A stretch of 59,689 nucleotides of DNA from Candidatus Kaiserbacteria bacterium (lineage in GTDB: Bacteria; Patescibacteriota; Minisyncoccia; Phycocordibacterales; JABAAK01). Below the pieces are notes generated by a model. That model was not told where the DNA came from and searched no databases. It saw only the letters and a program-made list of their open reading frames with translations. Of this stretch, positions 18,447 through 28,056 are shown piece after piece. The stretch covers positions 1-59,689 of the forward strand of contig JAPPJI010000004.1 in the NCBI GenBank assembly GCA_028820405.1, read 5' to 3'. The stretch's first letter is position 1. Each line of letters opens with the position of its first letter. The position numbers were made by a program, and so were the translations under genes.

Positions 18447-18888
18447 AGAGGGAAATAATGCTTTCTCGAAGGACGTGAAGCGGCACCTTTACTTCCAGCC
18501 ATGTTTTCTTTGGTTCGACCAAGATGTTCATATTTCCTTGGATTGAATGAATCGGTGTGCGTACTTGAAGACGCCACGTACCTTTTGACCAGAGAAAAAA
18601 GTCGGCGGTTCCGTCACGCACCCGAAGGGGGGTGTGAAATCGAAAATGCCAATTCTTTGGTGACTGAAAAGAGAGGTTCGCGCCCCGTCCTTTTATGTTG
18701 AACCGCCATCCCTTCTTGACCGACATGTGGCGCGAAACCGTTTGTACGGTTCGTGTCACAATGTCCCTTTTTTTCAGCGACAGTGTTGTCGGTTGGGATG
18801 GGGGTTTGGGTACCGGCAGCAGCTCCTCCGCAGGCAGTGCCTGAAAGGTAATCATTGCGGTCAGTATTCCCAGAAGCAGTCGGGTCAT
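18445..18888 (-). CDS. Secreted basic hypothetical protein
   Basis: Signal peptide MTRLLLGILTAMITFQALPA; AAGGAG SD; TTGACA-17-TATTCT promoter upstream. Confidence 0.65.
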   Translation of the reverse strand: MTRLLLGILTAMITFQALPAEELLPVPKPPSQPTTLSLKKRDIVTRTVQTVSRHMSVKKGWRFNIKGRGANLSFQSPKNWHFRFHTPLRVRDGTADFFLWSKGTWRLQVRTPIHSIQGNMNILVEPKKTWLEVKVPLHVLRESIISL

Positions 18889-18972
18889 GAGGGGGCTCCT
18901 TTCTGGGATATAGAATATAATATTGTTGTAAATATGTCAAATATGTGGTTTTTGCAGAAGGGGAGGGGGTAT

Positions 18973-19007
18973 AAAAAAAGACCCTTGCGCTGGTATACGC
19001 AAGGGTC
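18973..19007 (-). terminator. Intrinsic terminator of 19015..19542
   Basis: GACCCTTGCG/CGCAAGGGTC stem with a T7 tail on the minus strand. Confidence 0.8.
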
Positions 19008-19014
19008 GTAATGG

Positions 19015-19542
19015 TTACTTTGCTTCTGTGGCGACGATGTGAATCCGTCCTGCAAGCGATGCGGTCTGCCGTTTGATCTGGTGAATAACGTCGCTGCTAC
19101 TCCTGAGTTTTCCTTTGTGGAATATCAGGGTTACAACGGTCAACGTGCCGTCATCGTCTGTCGCGGTCTGGACCTTAATCTGTCGGATCCCCTTTCCTGC
19201 ACTGCCAAGGCGTTCTCCGGCGGTGAACATGACCGCCTTGTCAGAGACAGCGTGTACCCACGGACCGGGGGGAATAATTCCGTCAAGGTCCTTAATGAGT
19301 GCCCGCATCTCAATCGGCAGAGAAGCAGCAAGGACAGAATCAGTCCTCGATGACTGCCCTGCCCGTGATGCCACCGTGCGATAGAGTATGGGGTTTTTCG
19401 TCACCATGTTATAGCGCCGAAGCACCTCTTGCAGGGCGCGGTCAGAGACTTCGTCTGCCTGACCCGGCAGAGCAAATGTCAGAAGCAAACAGGTTGTTGC
19501 GATTAAGAGCATGCATCCCCTCCTCTTTTTAGCAGGCATCAT
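19015..19542 (-). CDS. Secreted hypothetical protein
   Basis: Basic N-terminus, hydrophobic core and GQA cleavage-like site; own terminator. Confidence 0.65.
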   Translation of the reverse strand: MMPAKKRRGCMLLIATTCLLLTFALPGQADEVSDRALQEVLRRYNMVTKNPILYRTVASRAGQSSRTDSVLAASLPIEMRALIKDLDGIIPPGPWVHAVSDKAVMFTAGERLGSAGKGIRQIKVQTATDDDGTLTVVTLIFHKGKLRSSSDVIHQIKRQTASLAGRIHIVATEAK

Positions 19543-19624
19543 TACCTACCAACCTACTATCTTTATACAACAAAACGGGTGGTAAGTAAAAGACTGATGT
19601 CATATGTGGTACAGTAGCAATAGT

Positions 19625-21136
19625 ATGCGTCGATCCTTCGTTGTTATTGTCAGTACCCTTTGTTTACTCCTCCTTGCGTACTTCGCTGTCCCGATTGTTA
19701 TGCCCCGTCACAATCTTGTCCCTATTGTCGCGACAAAACAACAAGGATTTATTCTTGCTACTGGCAGTATTGAGGCACGTGATGATGTCGTGCTTGCATT
19801 TGAGGGAGGCGGCGTGGTGCGCGATGTTGAGCACGTCGTTGGCGATCTCGTGCAGGCGGGAGATGTTATCGTGTCACTCGATGCCGGTACACTTCGTGCT
19901 GACGTTGAAGCACAGCGTCTGCGGGTACAAAAAGAAGGTATTCGCTTGGGAAGCTTCAAAGGTCCTGAAGAGAAGGAGCGGGCACAAATTGATGCGAGTG
20001 TTGCGGTTGCTGAGCGGCAGGCTGAGAGCAAGACACACATCGCACTAACCTCGGCACAGCAGATTGCCGGTGAGATTGAGAACATGATTCGAACAGAGGT
20101 TGATGTGCTGTTTGAGAATCCTGATACGAATCCTCGGCTAACCAGTAAACATATCTCAGTGGACGATCGTCGCAGTGTTAGTCAGACACGAAGTGACTTT
20201 GAGCAATTATTTGCAAAGTGGCGTACGTGGTCCGGCGTCGGCAGCGTGTCACATGCCCGGGTGTCGGGTGTGTTGCGGGAATTTGAGTCAGATCTTCGGT
20301 ACATGCACGGCGGCATCGTCACCTTCTATGACACACTTTTACAATACAGAGGATTGAGCGACGAAAATAATCAGGCCTTTCTCCTCATTACAAATGTTCG
20401 ATCAGAACTTTTGAAGCACACCGTCGCCATTTCGCAGCATGCACAAAGTGTTTCAGTTGCTCATGCTGAGCGAAACCTTGCCAGAGCGCAGTCAGACAGA
20501 CAGCTCTCCGGCGGCACCGAGGCGGACCGCCTTGCCCAGTCAGCACAGGTTGATGTAGAACGCGAACAGCTGCGTCGACTTGAACTGCAGCTTGCCAAAA
20601 CGCAGATTCGTGCACCGTTCTCCGGTGTGATTGGTGACATCTTTGTGCAACAGGGTGAGTTTGTTGCTGCCGGTGCCGGTGCCGTTCGTCTCGTCTCTCA
20701 GGGAGGGTTTGACCTGTCTGTTGATGTTACCGAGGTTGATGTTCAGAATGTTGCTGTCGGTCAGGATATGGTTGCAGAGGTTGAAGCAACCGGTGAAGAG
20801 CTCACTGCGACGGTTCGAACCATCAGCGAAGCTGAGAAGCGGGTTGATGATGTTCCGGTCTATACCGTCACCTTTGACCTTGCAGAATCAGATACTGCCC
20901 TTCGCCCCGGCATGACCGTTGATGTACAGGTGCCGACGGGTGATCCGATGCAGGCGTTTATCGTGCCGAGGTCTGCCCTGGTGAGTGACGGCGGCACCCA
21001 TTCCGTATCAGTGCAACGGGGTGGTGTGGTGATATCGGTAGAGGTGATGGTCGGGTCAACCGTAACCGGTGATCACATTTTGGTAACGGGAGAGTTTCAG
21101 GACGGCGACCTTGTCATTGACGAAAAAGGACGATGA
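19625..21136 (+). CDS. Efflux periplasmic adaptor subunit (HlyD/MacA-like)
   Basis: N-terminal anchor, lipoyl halves (GGVV..V...VGD.V; IRAPFSGVI), long coiled coil, LRPGMT. Confidence 0.88.
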   Translation: MRRSFVVIVSTLCLLLLAYFAVPIVMPRHNLVPIVATKQQGFILATGSIEARDDVVLAFEGGGVVRDVEHVVGDLVQAGDVIVSLDAGTLRADVEAQRLRVQKEGIRLGSFKGPEEKERAQIDASVAVAERQAESKTHIALTSAQQIAGEIENMIRTEVDVLFENPDTNPRLTSKHISVDDRRSVSQTRSDFEQLFAKWRTWSGVGSVSHARVSGVLREFESDLRYMHGGIVTFYDTLLQYRGLSDENNQAFLLITNVRSELLKHTVAISQHAQSVSVAHAERNLARAQSDRQLSGGTEADRLAQSAQVDVEREQLRRLELQLAKTQIRAPFSGVIGDIFVQQGEFVAAGAGAVRLVSQGGFDLSVDVTEVDVQNVAVGQDMVAEVEATGEELTATVRTISEAEKRVDDVPVYTVTFDLAESDTALRPGMTVDVQVPTGDPMQAFIVPRSALVSDGGTHSVSVQRGGVVISVEVMVGSTVTGDHILVTGEFQDGDLVIDEKGR

Positions 21137-22452
21137 ACCGGTCAGATGTTACATTAGGATTTTTTCTCACCTTTCGATACCTTCGTCGATCAAATCCCTG
21201 GACGACCATCCTCATCACCTTTGTCATGGTTCTCACCTTCCTCAACCTCACCGTTATCGGCGGGCTTCTTGAGGGCATCGTTGTCGGATCGTTTGTCGGA
21301 CTTCGTGATCGGGCGATCGGTGACGTTGTCGTCTCGGTAAAGTCGGGTGAGACATACGTTGGCCGATCACAGCATATTATCCGATCATTGCGCGGTGACT
21401 CGCGGGTTGCTTCACTCTCTCCCCGGTACAGCACCACCGTTGAAGTTATCGCCGAGGGAGATGTGTATAACGTGACAAACGCGAATGATCAGCGTCGGTC
21501 GGTAAAGACGGTTGCGTTCGGTGTTGATGCTGATGCGGAGCGATCCACCATCAATCTTCCGGACAGCATTATCGAAGGATCCTATTTTAGCGGTAATAAC
21601 CGGAAAGAGTTGCTGATTGGCAGTGCACTCCTTGAGCGGTATTCACCGTTTGGGAGTGAAGTACTTCCGGATGTTCATTCCGGCGATTACGTGTATCTTC
21701 GAAAGATAAGCTCTGCTCAGGGTCTGGTGAGCGGGTCACAGTATCAGAGTGTGCAAAACAGTGCCGACGCACTCTCCTCTCCTTTGCAAAAATATATTGT
21801 GCGCGGTATCTATCGCACCAAGGCGGGGGAAATTGATATTGCACTCATGATGGACCAGAACGAAGTTCGGTCTGTTGGAGTTAATCCGGGGAATAACGTG
21901 AACAGTATTGCGGTTCGGCTGAAGAATCCGGACGACGCGGTGGCGGTTCGGGACTCACTCTATGCACAGGGGTTCGGTCGGTATGCAAAGATCGAAACCG
22001 TTAATGATGCGATCGGTCCTTTTCTTGATGACATCAGAACGGTCTTTCGTCTCCTCGGGTCCATCGTCGGTGCAATTGGTCTTGCGGTTGCCTCTATCAC
22101 CATCTTTATCATTATTTTTGTCACCGCGGTTTCCCGAAGCCGGTACATCGGTATTTTGAAGGCAATCGGTATTACCCCAAGTGCAATTCGCCTCTCATAC
22201 GTTTTTTATGCACTCTCGTTTGCCGGTATCGGCTGTGCCATCGGTCTCACCCTTCTCTTCGGTCTTTTTGTTCCGTTCTTTGAGGCGAATCCGATACCGT
22301 TTCCGTTCAGTGATGGTATCCTGTACGTGACACCGACAACGGTATTGATTCAGGTTGCACTCATTATTGTTGCGACGGCGATTGCCGGACTCATTCCGGC
22401 TCACCGGGTGGTACGACGACCGTCAATTGATTCCGTTCGCGGTCGGGAATAG
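21133..22452 (+). CDS. ABC transporter permease (FtsX/MacB/LolC family)
   Basis: TM1, large extracytoplasmic domain, IGILKAIG, PA.R terminal motif; ATGA overlap. Confidence 0.9.
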   Translation: MNRSDVTLGFFLTFRYLRRSNPWTTILITFVMVLTFLNLTVIGGLLEGIVVGSFVGLRDRAIGDVVVSVKSGETYVGRSQHIIRSLRGDSRVASLSPRYSTTVEVIAEGDVYNVTNANDQRRSVKTVAFGVDADAERSTINLPDSIIEGSYFSGNNRKELLIGSALLERYSPFGSEVLPDVHSGDYVYLRKISSAQGLVSGSQYQSVQNSADALSSPLQKYIVRGIYRTKAGEIDIALMMDQNEVRSVGVNPGNNVNSIAVRLKNPDDAVAVRDSLYAQGFGRYAKIETVNDAIGPFLDDIRTVFRLLGSIVGAIGLAVASITIFIIIFVTAVSRSRYIGILKAIGITPSAIRLSYVFYALSFAGIGCAIGLTLLFGLFVPFFEANPIPFPFSDGILYVTPTTVLIQVALIIVATAIAGLIPAHRVVRRPSIDSVRGRE

Positions 22453-22454
22453 TT

Positions 22455-23156
22455 ATGGAGTATCTTTTGCAAACGAAAGGGTTGATAAAAACATTTATTG
22501 ACGGTTCACAAGAGACGGAGGTGCTGAAAGGGATAGATCTCTCAATTGCGTCCGGTGAGTTTGTCGCGGTTACCGGTGCGTCGGGGACCGGTAAAAGTAC
22601 CCTGTTGCACCAACTCGGTTTGCTTGACGACCCGACGGGCGGGTCGGTTTTTATTGACGGCACGAATGCATCCGACCTCTCAACGGTACAGCGGTCCGAA
22701 CATCGACTGCGCCGTTTTGGGTTTGTGTTTCAGGACTACGCCCTGATACCGGAACTTACCGCGTGGGAAAACATCGCCCTCCCCGTTCTCATGCGCGGTG
22801 CCTCTCGGTCACTTGCAAAGAATCGTGCGGTTCGTGCACTGAAACAGCTTGGTATGGAGGATCGGGCAACTTACCGACCGAGCCAGCTCTCCGGCGGTGA
22901 AAGTCAGCGGGTTTCTGTCGCACGGGCTATCGTGCACAAGCCGGACATACTGTTTGCTGATGAGCCGACGGCGAACCTTGATTCCGAACGATCTCGGCAA
23001 ATTATTGACATCTTTCACGACCTGCACAAAAGCGGTCAAACCATTGTCATGGTGACGCATGAAATTGAGTACGCAAAGGAAGCGACACGGCTTATTGTAT
23101 TGCATGACGGACGTGTTCAGCAGGACAAAAAACTGCGCCGGCGTCGTTCCCGCTGA
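22455..23156 (+). CDS. ABC transporter ATP-binding protein (LolD/MacB-like)
   Basis: GASGTGKST, LSGGE.QRV, ADEPTANLD, VTHE. Confidence 0.95.
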   Translation: MEYLLQTKGLIKTFIDGSQETEVLKGIDLSIASGEFVAVTGASGTGKSTLLHQLGLLDDPTGGSVFIDGTNASDLSTVQRSEHRLRRFGFVFQDYALIPELTAWENIALPVLMRGASRSLAKNRAVRALKQLGMEDRATYRPSQLSGGESQRVSVARAIVHKPDILFADEPTANLDSERSRQIIDIFHDLHKSGQTIVMVTHEIEYAKEATRLIVLHDGRVQQDKKLRRRRSR

Positions 23157-23176
23157 CGGTATATACTGTCAGTGCT

Positions 23177-23428
23177 ATGGCTTTTTTCAAACCGATTTCA
23201 TTTCTGTTGGTGGCTGTTGCCGTCATCTTTTTCTTCATCATCTACAGCGGCGGTCTCTCAAAGGGAATTGAGACAGTTCGTGACATTGTCGGTGACAAGC
23301 ATGCCGCAGCACTCCTCATGTTTAGTGCCGTTGTCGCTGTGCTCATCATCTTCGGTGCAGGTGTTGTCCGAGACAACGTTACTATCAGAGACATCCTATT
23401 CATTCCGCAGCATGAGTCCGAAGAGTAA
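23177..23428 (+). CDS. Small membrane protein (2 TM)
   Basis: Two hydrophobic helices; TATACT 9 nt upstream. Confidence 0.6.
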   Translation: MAFFKPISFLLVAVAVIFFFIIYSGGLSKGIETVRDIVGDKHAAALLMFSAVVAVLIIFGAGVVRDNVTIRDILFIPQHESEE

Positions 23429-24080
23429 GCGGGAGCGAAAAGAACGGGTGAAAAAACTCATCACTGTTTTACGAAAACACTTTCCAAATGCAAAGCTTGC
23501 ACTGAAGTACAAGACGCACTGGCAGCTGTTGGTGGCGGTGCAGCTGTCTGCACAATCAACAGACAAGAAGGTAAATGAAATTATGCCGTCGTTTGTAAAG
23601 CGGTTTCCTACCATGCAAGACTGTGCGACGGCTGATGTTGCAGACATTCAGGATGCGGTGAGTTCTGTGCTCTACTACCGAAACAAAGGGAAAAATATTC
23701 ACGCTGCCGCGAATACTATTATTACCAACTTCAATGGTCGGCTTCCGAGGACGATGGAAGAAATGCTCACTATTCCCGGGGTTGCGAGAAAGACGGCAAA
23801 TGTTCTTCTCGGAACACTGTTCCATGGTATGGAAGGTATTGTTGTTGATACCCATATGATTCGGTTTGCAAGACGATTCGGTCTGACAGATTATAAAGAT
23901 GCCGTTCGTATTGAGCGGGATTTGATGGAGATCGTTCCGAAAAAGGAGTGGTACCAATTTTCCTACTTTGTTGTTGAGTACGGCCGTTCATACGGAAATC
24001 CGCGGGGAAAAAAAGCACTGCATGCATCAGACCCGCTTGTTGCCGTGTATCCGAAGTCGGATAACTTCTGGCCGCGGTGA
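23412..24080 (+). CDS. nth: Endonuclease III (HhH-GPD glycosylase) lacking the Fe-S cysteines
   Basis: LLVAVQLSAQSTDKKVN, IPGVARKTANV, VDTH; start MSPKSK at 23412. Confidence 0.9.
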   Translation: MSPKSKRERKERVKKLITVLRKHFPNAKLALKYKTHWQLLVAVQLSAQSTDKKVNEIMPSFVKRFPTMQDCATADVADIQDAVSSVLYYRNKGKNIHAAANTIITNFNGRLPRTMEEMLTIPGVARKTANVLLGTLFHGMEGIVVDTHMIRFARRFGLTDYKDAVRIERDLMEIVPKKEWYQFSYFVVEYGRSYGNPRGKKALHASDPLVAVYPKSDNFWPR

Positions 24081-24137
24081 TGAAGTGTTGACAGAAAACG
24101 GCAGTACGGTTTGTTGCACGATATACTGCAAAGTAGT

Positions 24138-25220
24138 ATGGAACCTCGAAAAGAGTTGCAAGACTACGTTGACTTACTCGTCGCACGGTCTGCTTCAGAT
24201 ATCCACCTCGTTGTCGGATCAAAGCCGATTATGCGCGAGAAGCGTGAACTCGTTCCTATTATTCAAAAAGAAGTCATTACCGGCGATGACACAGCAGCAC
24301 TGTTCAGAATCTTGTGCGGCACATCCGTTGAGAGAGATGAAGACGTTCTCCGGGAGAGCAAGCATCTCTTGTTCGGTTACCAGCATGAGATTGAGGGCGG
24401 TCGGAAGGTTAATTTCCGCATCACCGCCTACATGGAACGGCAACACATCGCCATTGCAATGCGTCTCGTGCAGGAAACCGAGACGACGATTGAAGAGTTA
24501 GGACTGCCGCCAATATTAAAGTCCATCATGCAAGAGCCTGACGGACTCTTTCTCATTACCGGTCCGTCGGGGAACGGAAAATCAACGACGCTGACGGCGA
24601 TGATCAGTCACTGTAACAATACGATGCGAAAACACATCGTAACAATTGAAGACCCGATAGAGTTTATCTACCAGGACAAGAAGTCGATCATTTCACAGCG
24701 CGAAGTACCGATTGACGTTGAAACATTCCGTTCGGGAATTGACACCGCCTTGCGGTCTGACGCTGACATAATCATGATCGGAGAAATGCGAGAGATTGAC
24801 ACAATGCGAGCTGCGATGACGGCGGCAGAGGTCGGGCATCTCACCCTTTCAACGGTCAGTTCGAGCGGTGCGGCAAATACCGTGCATCGAATCATCGACT
24901 CATTTCCGGCGGATCAGCAGCCGCAAATCATCAGTCAACTCGCCAGTTCACTGCTCGGTGTCTGCTCTATCCGGCTCCTCCCCCGAATTACCGGCGGTCT
25001 TATTCCCGTGTGTGAGGTGTTGATAAACACACCGGCGGTCGGGAATCTGATTCGTGAGAACCGAATCACCAGTATCAAAACAGCCATTCAAACCGGTCGG
25101 GAAGAGGGGATGATCAGCCTTGAGCAGTCACTTGCCGATCTGGTGAAGGGGGGCGAGGTAGCCCTTGAGACCGCGACAGTTCATGCGAATGATGAACAGG
25201 AGCTCATGAAGTATTTGTAA
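24138..25220 (+). CDS. pilT: Type IV pilus retraction ATPase PilT/PilU family
   Basis: ASDIHL, GPSGNGKST, TIEDPIE, GEMR, GHL, NLIRE. Confidence 0.9.
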   Translation: MEPRKELQDYVDLLVARSASDIHLVVGSKPIMREKRELVPIIQKEVITGDDTAALFRILCGTSVERDEDVLRESKHLLFGYQHEIEGGRKVNFRITAYMERQHIAIAMRLVQETETTIEELGLPPILKSIMQEPDGLFLITGPSGNGKSTTLTAMISHCNNTMRKHIVTIEDPIEFIYQDKKSIISQREVPIDVETFRSGIDTALRSDADIIMIGEMREIDTMRAAMTAAEVGHLTLSTVSSSGAANTVHRIIDSFPADQQPQIISQLASSLLGVCSIRLLPRITGGLIPVCEVLINTPAVGNLIRENRITSIKTAIQTGREEGMISLEQSLADLVKGGEVALETATVHANDEQELMKYL

Positions 25221-25227
25221 AAGACGT

Positions 25228-26424
25228 ATGCAATTTACGTACAAAGTATTAAACAAAGAAGGGAAAGAGGTGAAAGGGCGTGTTGAAGCGACAAGTCGTT
25301 CGAATGCGATCAGCCTCCTGCAGGAAAACGGCTATACCGTTCTTGAGATTAAAGAGGACTTGGGGAAGTCTTTCAATTTTAATCTGTTCCTTCGGGTGAA
25401 GACCCAGGATATCATTGTTTTTTCCCGGCAGATTGCAACGCTCTTTGAGGCGGAGATTTCCGCACTTCGTGCATTTAATCTGGCTGCGGAAAATATGCCG
25501 AATAAGTATTTTCAGGGAATCTTGCTGGACATCGCTCGGAGCGTCGAGTCAGGGGTGACTGTTGAGAAGGCGTTCTGGAAACACAAAGACGTCTTCGGTG
25601 AGTTCTTTATTGCGGTCGTCTCGGTCGGTGAGCGGTCAGGAACACTGCCGCACTCTTTTACCTACATTGCCGATCATCTGGAGCGCACCTCTGAGATCAC
25701 GTCAAAACTCAGGAAAGCACTGACCTATCCGATATTTGTCGTTGTTACCTTCATTGCGGTGATGGTGTTGGTAATGGTGACGGTTATTCCGCAAATATCA
25801 ACCATCCTGACCAGCTCGGGAGCCGAATTGCCCACAGTCACCAACGTTGTGATCGGTATCAGCAACTTCATGCAGGATAATCTTTTTACGATGGCAATCG
25901 TTATTCTTTTCTCTATAGCCTCACTTATCTTCTACGCCAGGACAGAGGACGGAAAAGAGACGATTGACAGTGTTGTTCTGACATTCCCGCTCATCGGTCC
26001 CCTCCTTCAAGAATTCTATCTCGTCAGATTCTCCGGTAACCTCGGTGTCATGCTTGCAAGCGGTGTTCCGATTGTTTCATCACTGCAGATTTTGAGTCGG
26101 GTGATGATTAACAAAGTGTATCGTGACATGGTGCAAGACATCGCCAGTCGAGTGCGGCAGGGTGCGACATTGTCAACGGCACTGAAAGGGCATGAGTATG
26201 TCAGCAGAAATGTGGTGAGCATTATTAAAATTGGTGAAGAGGCGGGTGAGTTGAAAAAAATGGTTATGGTCATTAACAATTTCTATCAAAGAAAACTGCA
26301 AGATACCATCGATGTGATGATTGACCTGATTCAGCCGACAGTGATTGTCCTCCTCGGTCTCGGCGTCGGTCTCCTTATCGGGTCTGTCATCATCCCGATC
26401 TACTCTATCTCGAGTGCACTCTAG
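25228..26424 (+). CDS. pilC: Type IV pilus platform protein PilC / T2SS F family
   Basis: FSRQIATL, GERSGTL, ALTYP, GEEAGEL duplicated domains. Confidence 0.93.
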   Translation: MQFTYKVLNKEGKEVKGRVEATSRSNAISLLQENGYTVLEIKEDLGKSFNFNLFLRVKTQDIIVFSRQIATLFEAEISALRAFNLAAENMPNKYFQGILLDIARSVESGVTVEKAFWKHKDVFGEFFIAVVSVGERSGTLPHSFTYIADHLERTSEITSKLRKALTYPIFVVVTFIAVMVLVMVTVIPQISTILTSSGAELPTVTNVVIGISNFMQDNLFTMAIVILFSIASLIFYARTEDGKETIDSVVLTFPLIGPLLQEFYLVRFSGNLGVMLASGVPIVSSLQILSRVMINKVYRDMVQDIASRVRQGATLSTALKGHEYVSRNVVSIIKIGEEAGELKKMVMVINNFYQRKLQDTIDVMIDLIQPTVIVLLGLGVGLLIGSVIIPIYSISSAL

Positions 26425-26440
26425 TATGGTGGTGCAAAAG

Positions 26441-26477
26441 AAAAACACCCGCACAGTACGTGCGGGTGTTTGTTTTT
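26441..26477. terminator. Bidirectional intrinsic terminator
   Basis: AAACACCCGCAC-AGTAC-GTGCGGGTGTTT. Confidence 0.8.
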
Positions 26478-27337
26478 CACCGCATCTTGACCTTTCCCCA
26501 GCTTGTTGATTCGACACCTGTCGGGAACGGTGTTTGTTTTTCATACAGTCCCCAATCAGAGATGAAAACAGTGTGGGGGAATCCGTCACTGCCCTCTTCT
26601 TCGAGAGAGACAAAGACTATGAGTTGGCACCTCTCATCGAACAGACCAATGGCGCCTTCCGAGAGGATGACCCATGTTCCGCCGTTTTCATAGATGACGG
26701 AACCGTCATCTCGAACAGACCACTTCCACGTCCAGGAATTGTCCTGCTGTTCGAGAGTGAGGGATCCTCCTTTGCCGCCGGAATCGTAGGTGTACTGACC
26801 AGTGAAGCGTCGGTAATCATCAGCATCAGCGGTAAAGAAGGTAAATGTGTCTGCGTCAAAATCTCCCTCGCTGCAATAGGTTGAGGGCTCACCCTGAGCG
26901 GTACCTGTCGGGGATGGTGTTTGTTTTTCATACTGCCCCCAATCATAGGCGAACATGAAATTAGGAAATGCACCGTCACCCTCTCCTTCAAGAGTGATGA
27001 AACTGATGAGATTACAGTCCTCGTCAAACAGGCCGAGGGCATCGTCCGAGAGAATAACCCACGTTCCGCCATCTTCATAGACGGTGAGACCGTCATCTTG
27101 GATGACCCACCTCCATGTCCAGGCATTATCCTGCCGCTGGAAGGTCAGCACCTTCCTTCTGTCACCGGAATCGTAGGTGTACTGACCGGTGAGGCGTCGG
27201 TAATCATCAGCGGTAAAGGAGGTGAATGGACTTACATCAAAGTTTCCCTCGCCACAGCGGTGACTGACGGGTTCATTTTGAGCAACAGAGATTGTTGCCC
27301 AAAGGACGGATGCTGCCAACAGAACGATGCGTGCCAT
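26477..27337 (-). CDS. Secreted protein with two tandem ~120-aa beta-rich domains and C-terminal SWGKVK motif
   Basis: SD AAGGAGAAGG, signal peptide MARIVLLAASVLWATISVAQ, internal duplication, ends PTGVESTSWGKVKMR. Confidence 0.85.
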   Translation of the reverse strand: MARIVLLAASVLWATISVAQNEPVSHRCGEGNFDVSPFTSFTADDYRRLTGQYTYDSGDRRKVLTFQRQDNAWTWRWVIQDDGLTVYEDGGTWVILSDDALGLFDEDCNLISFITLEGEGDGAFPNFMFAYDWGQYEKQTPSPTGTAQGEPSTYCSEGDFDADTFTFFTADADDYRRFTGQYTYDSGGKGGSLTLEQQDNSWTWKWSVRDDGSVIYENGGTWVILSEGAIGLFDERCQLIVFVSLEEEGSDGFPHTVFISDWGLYEKQTPFPTGVESTSWGKVKMR

Positions 27338-27446
27338 AGCCTTCTCCTTGTGAGTGTGTGAGTGTTCACGCCTACTTACATTATACGCAGGCACCGTTTG
27401 TTTCACAATGTTTTTGAAGGGTATCACGTGTCGGTGAGTGCAAAAG

Positions 27447-27480
27447 AAAACCCCCCGCACGGTATGTGCAGGGGGTGTTG
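27447..27480 (-). terminator. Intrinsic terminator, paralogous to 26441 hairpin
   Basis: GTGCAAAAGAAAA-CCCCCCGCAC...GTGCAGGGGG resembles the 26432-26472 block. Confidence 0.7.
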
Positions 27481-28056
27481 TTATCGGGACAGCGATTTTA
27501 TCTGTCCCCAGCTCACCGATTCGACGGCTGTTGGGACCAGGTACAGTCTTCGGTCAAGGGAATATGAAAGACCTTCACGATGGATAGACACCAACTCAGA
27601 AAAAGATCCTTCACTGAAAACAAAAGATTCCACAAGTTGACCATACTCATCCAGCAGACCAATGCCACCAAATGGGAGCACAACCCACTCTCCACGGTCG
27701 TCGGAGAGTCCGAGGTCGCCAAACCAGACAACCTTTCGCCATGACCAGGAGGTTCCTCCTTGATCTCCGTTCAGGGTAAGGGCGACGGTCCGATCGCCTT
27801 TTTCGAAGACGTAGTAGCCGACGAATAGGTGACCAATATTAGACGGGTTTCGCAGATCAATGTCAATTCCTTCGCCACGAAGTGCCGCAAGGGGACTGTG
27901 GTCCTCGAGAGAGCACTCTTCGACGGCCGCTTGACCGCATACATTGGTCCAAAACACCTCCATCCAGGTCCAGTATTTGGGAACAGTACTGTCCCTGTTT
28001 TGAGCAACAGAAACCGTCGCCAAGAGGGTCAAAGATAAGGCAATAATGCGTAGCAT
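27481..28056 (-). CDS. Secreted paralog with one beta-rich domain and C-terminal SWGQIK motif
   Basis: SD GAGGAGGAG, signal peptide ..ATVSVAQN, GEWVVL..GGIGLLDE domain motif, ends PTAVESVSWGQIKSLSR. Confidence 0.85.
   Translation of the reverse strand: MLRIIALSLTLLATVSVAQNRDSTVPKYWTWMEVFWTNVCGQAAVEECSLEDHSPLAALRGEGIDIDLRNPSNIGHLFVGYYVFEKGDRTVALTLNGDQGGTSWSWRKVVWFGDLGLSDDRGEWVVLPFGGIGLLDEYGQLVESFVFSEGSFSELVSIHREGLSYSLDRRLYLVPTAVESVSWGQIKSLSR

Noticed and set aside
26519-27260. DGR template/variable repeat pair
   Set aside because: Both copies are in-frame domains of one ORF, differences involve all bases and an indel, and there is no reverse transcriptase in the window.
18414-28056. Integron cassettes with attC sites
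   Set aside because: The hairpins are short GC stems with A/T tails typical of terminators; no integrase and no consistent RYYYAAC/GTTRRRY ends.
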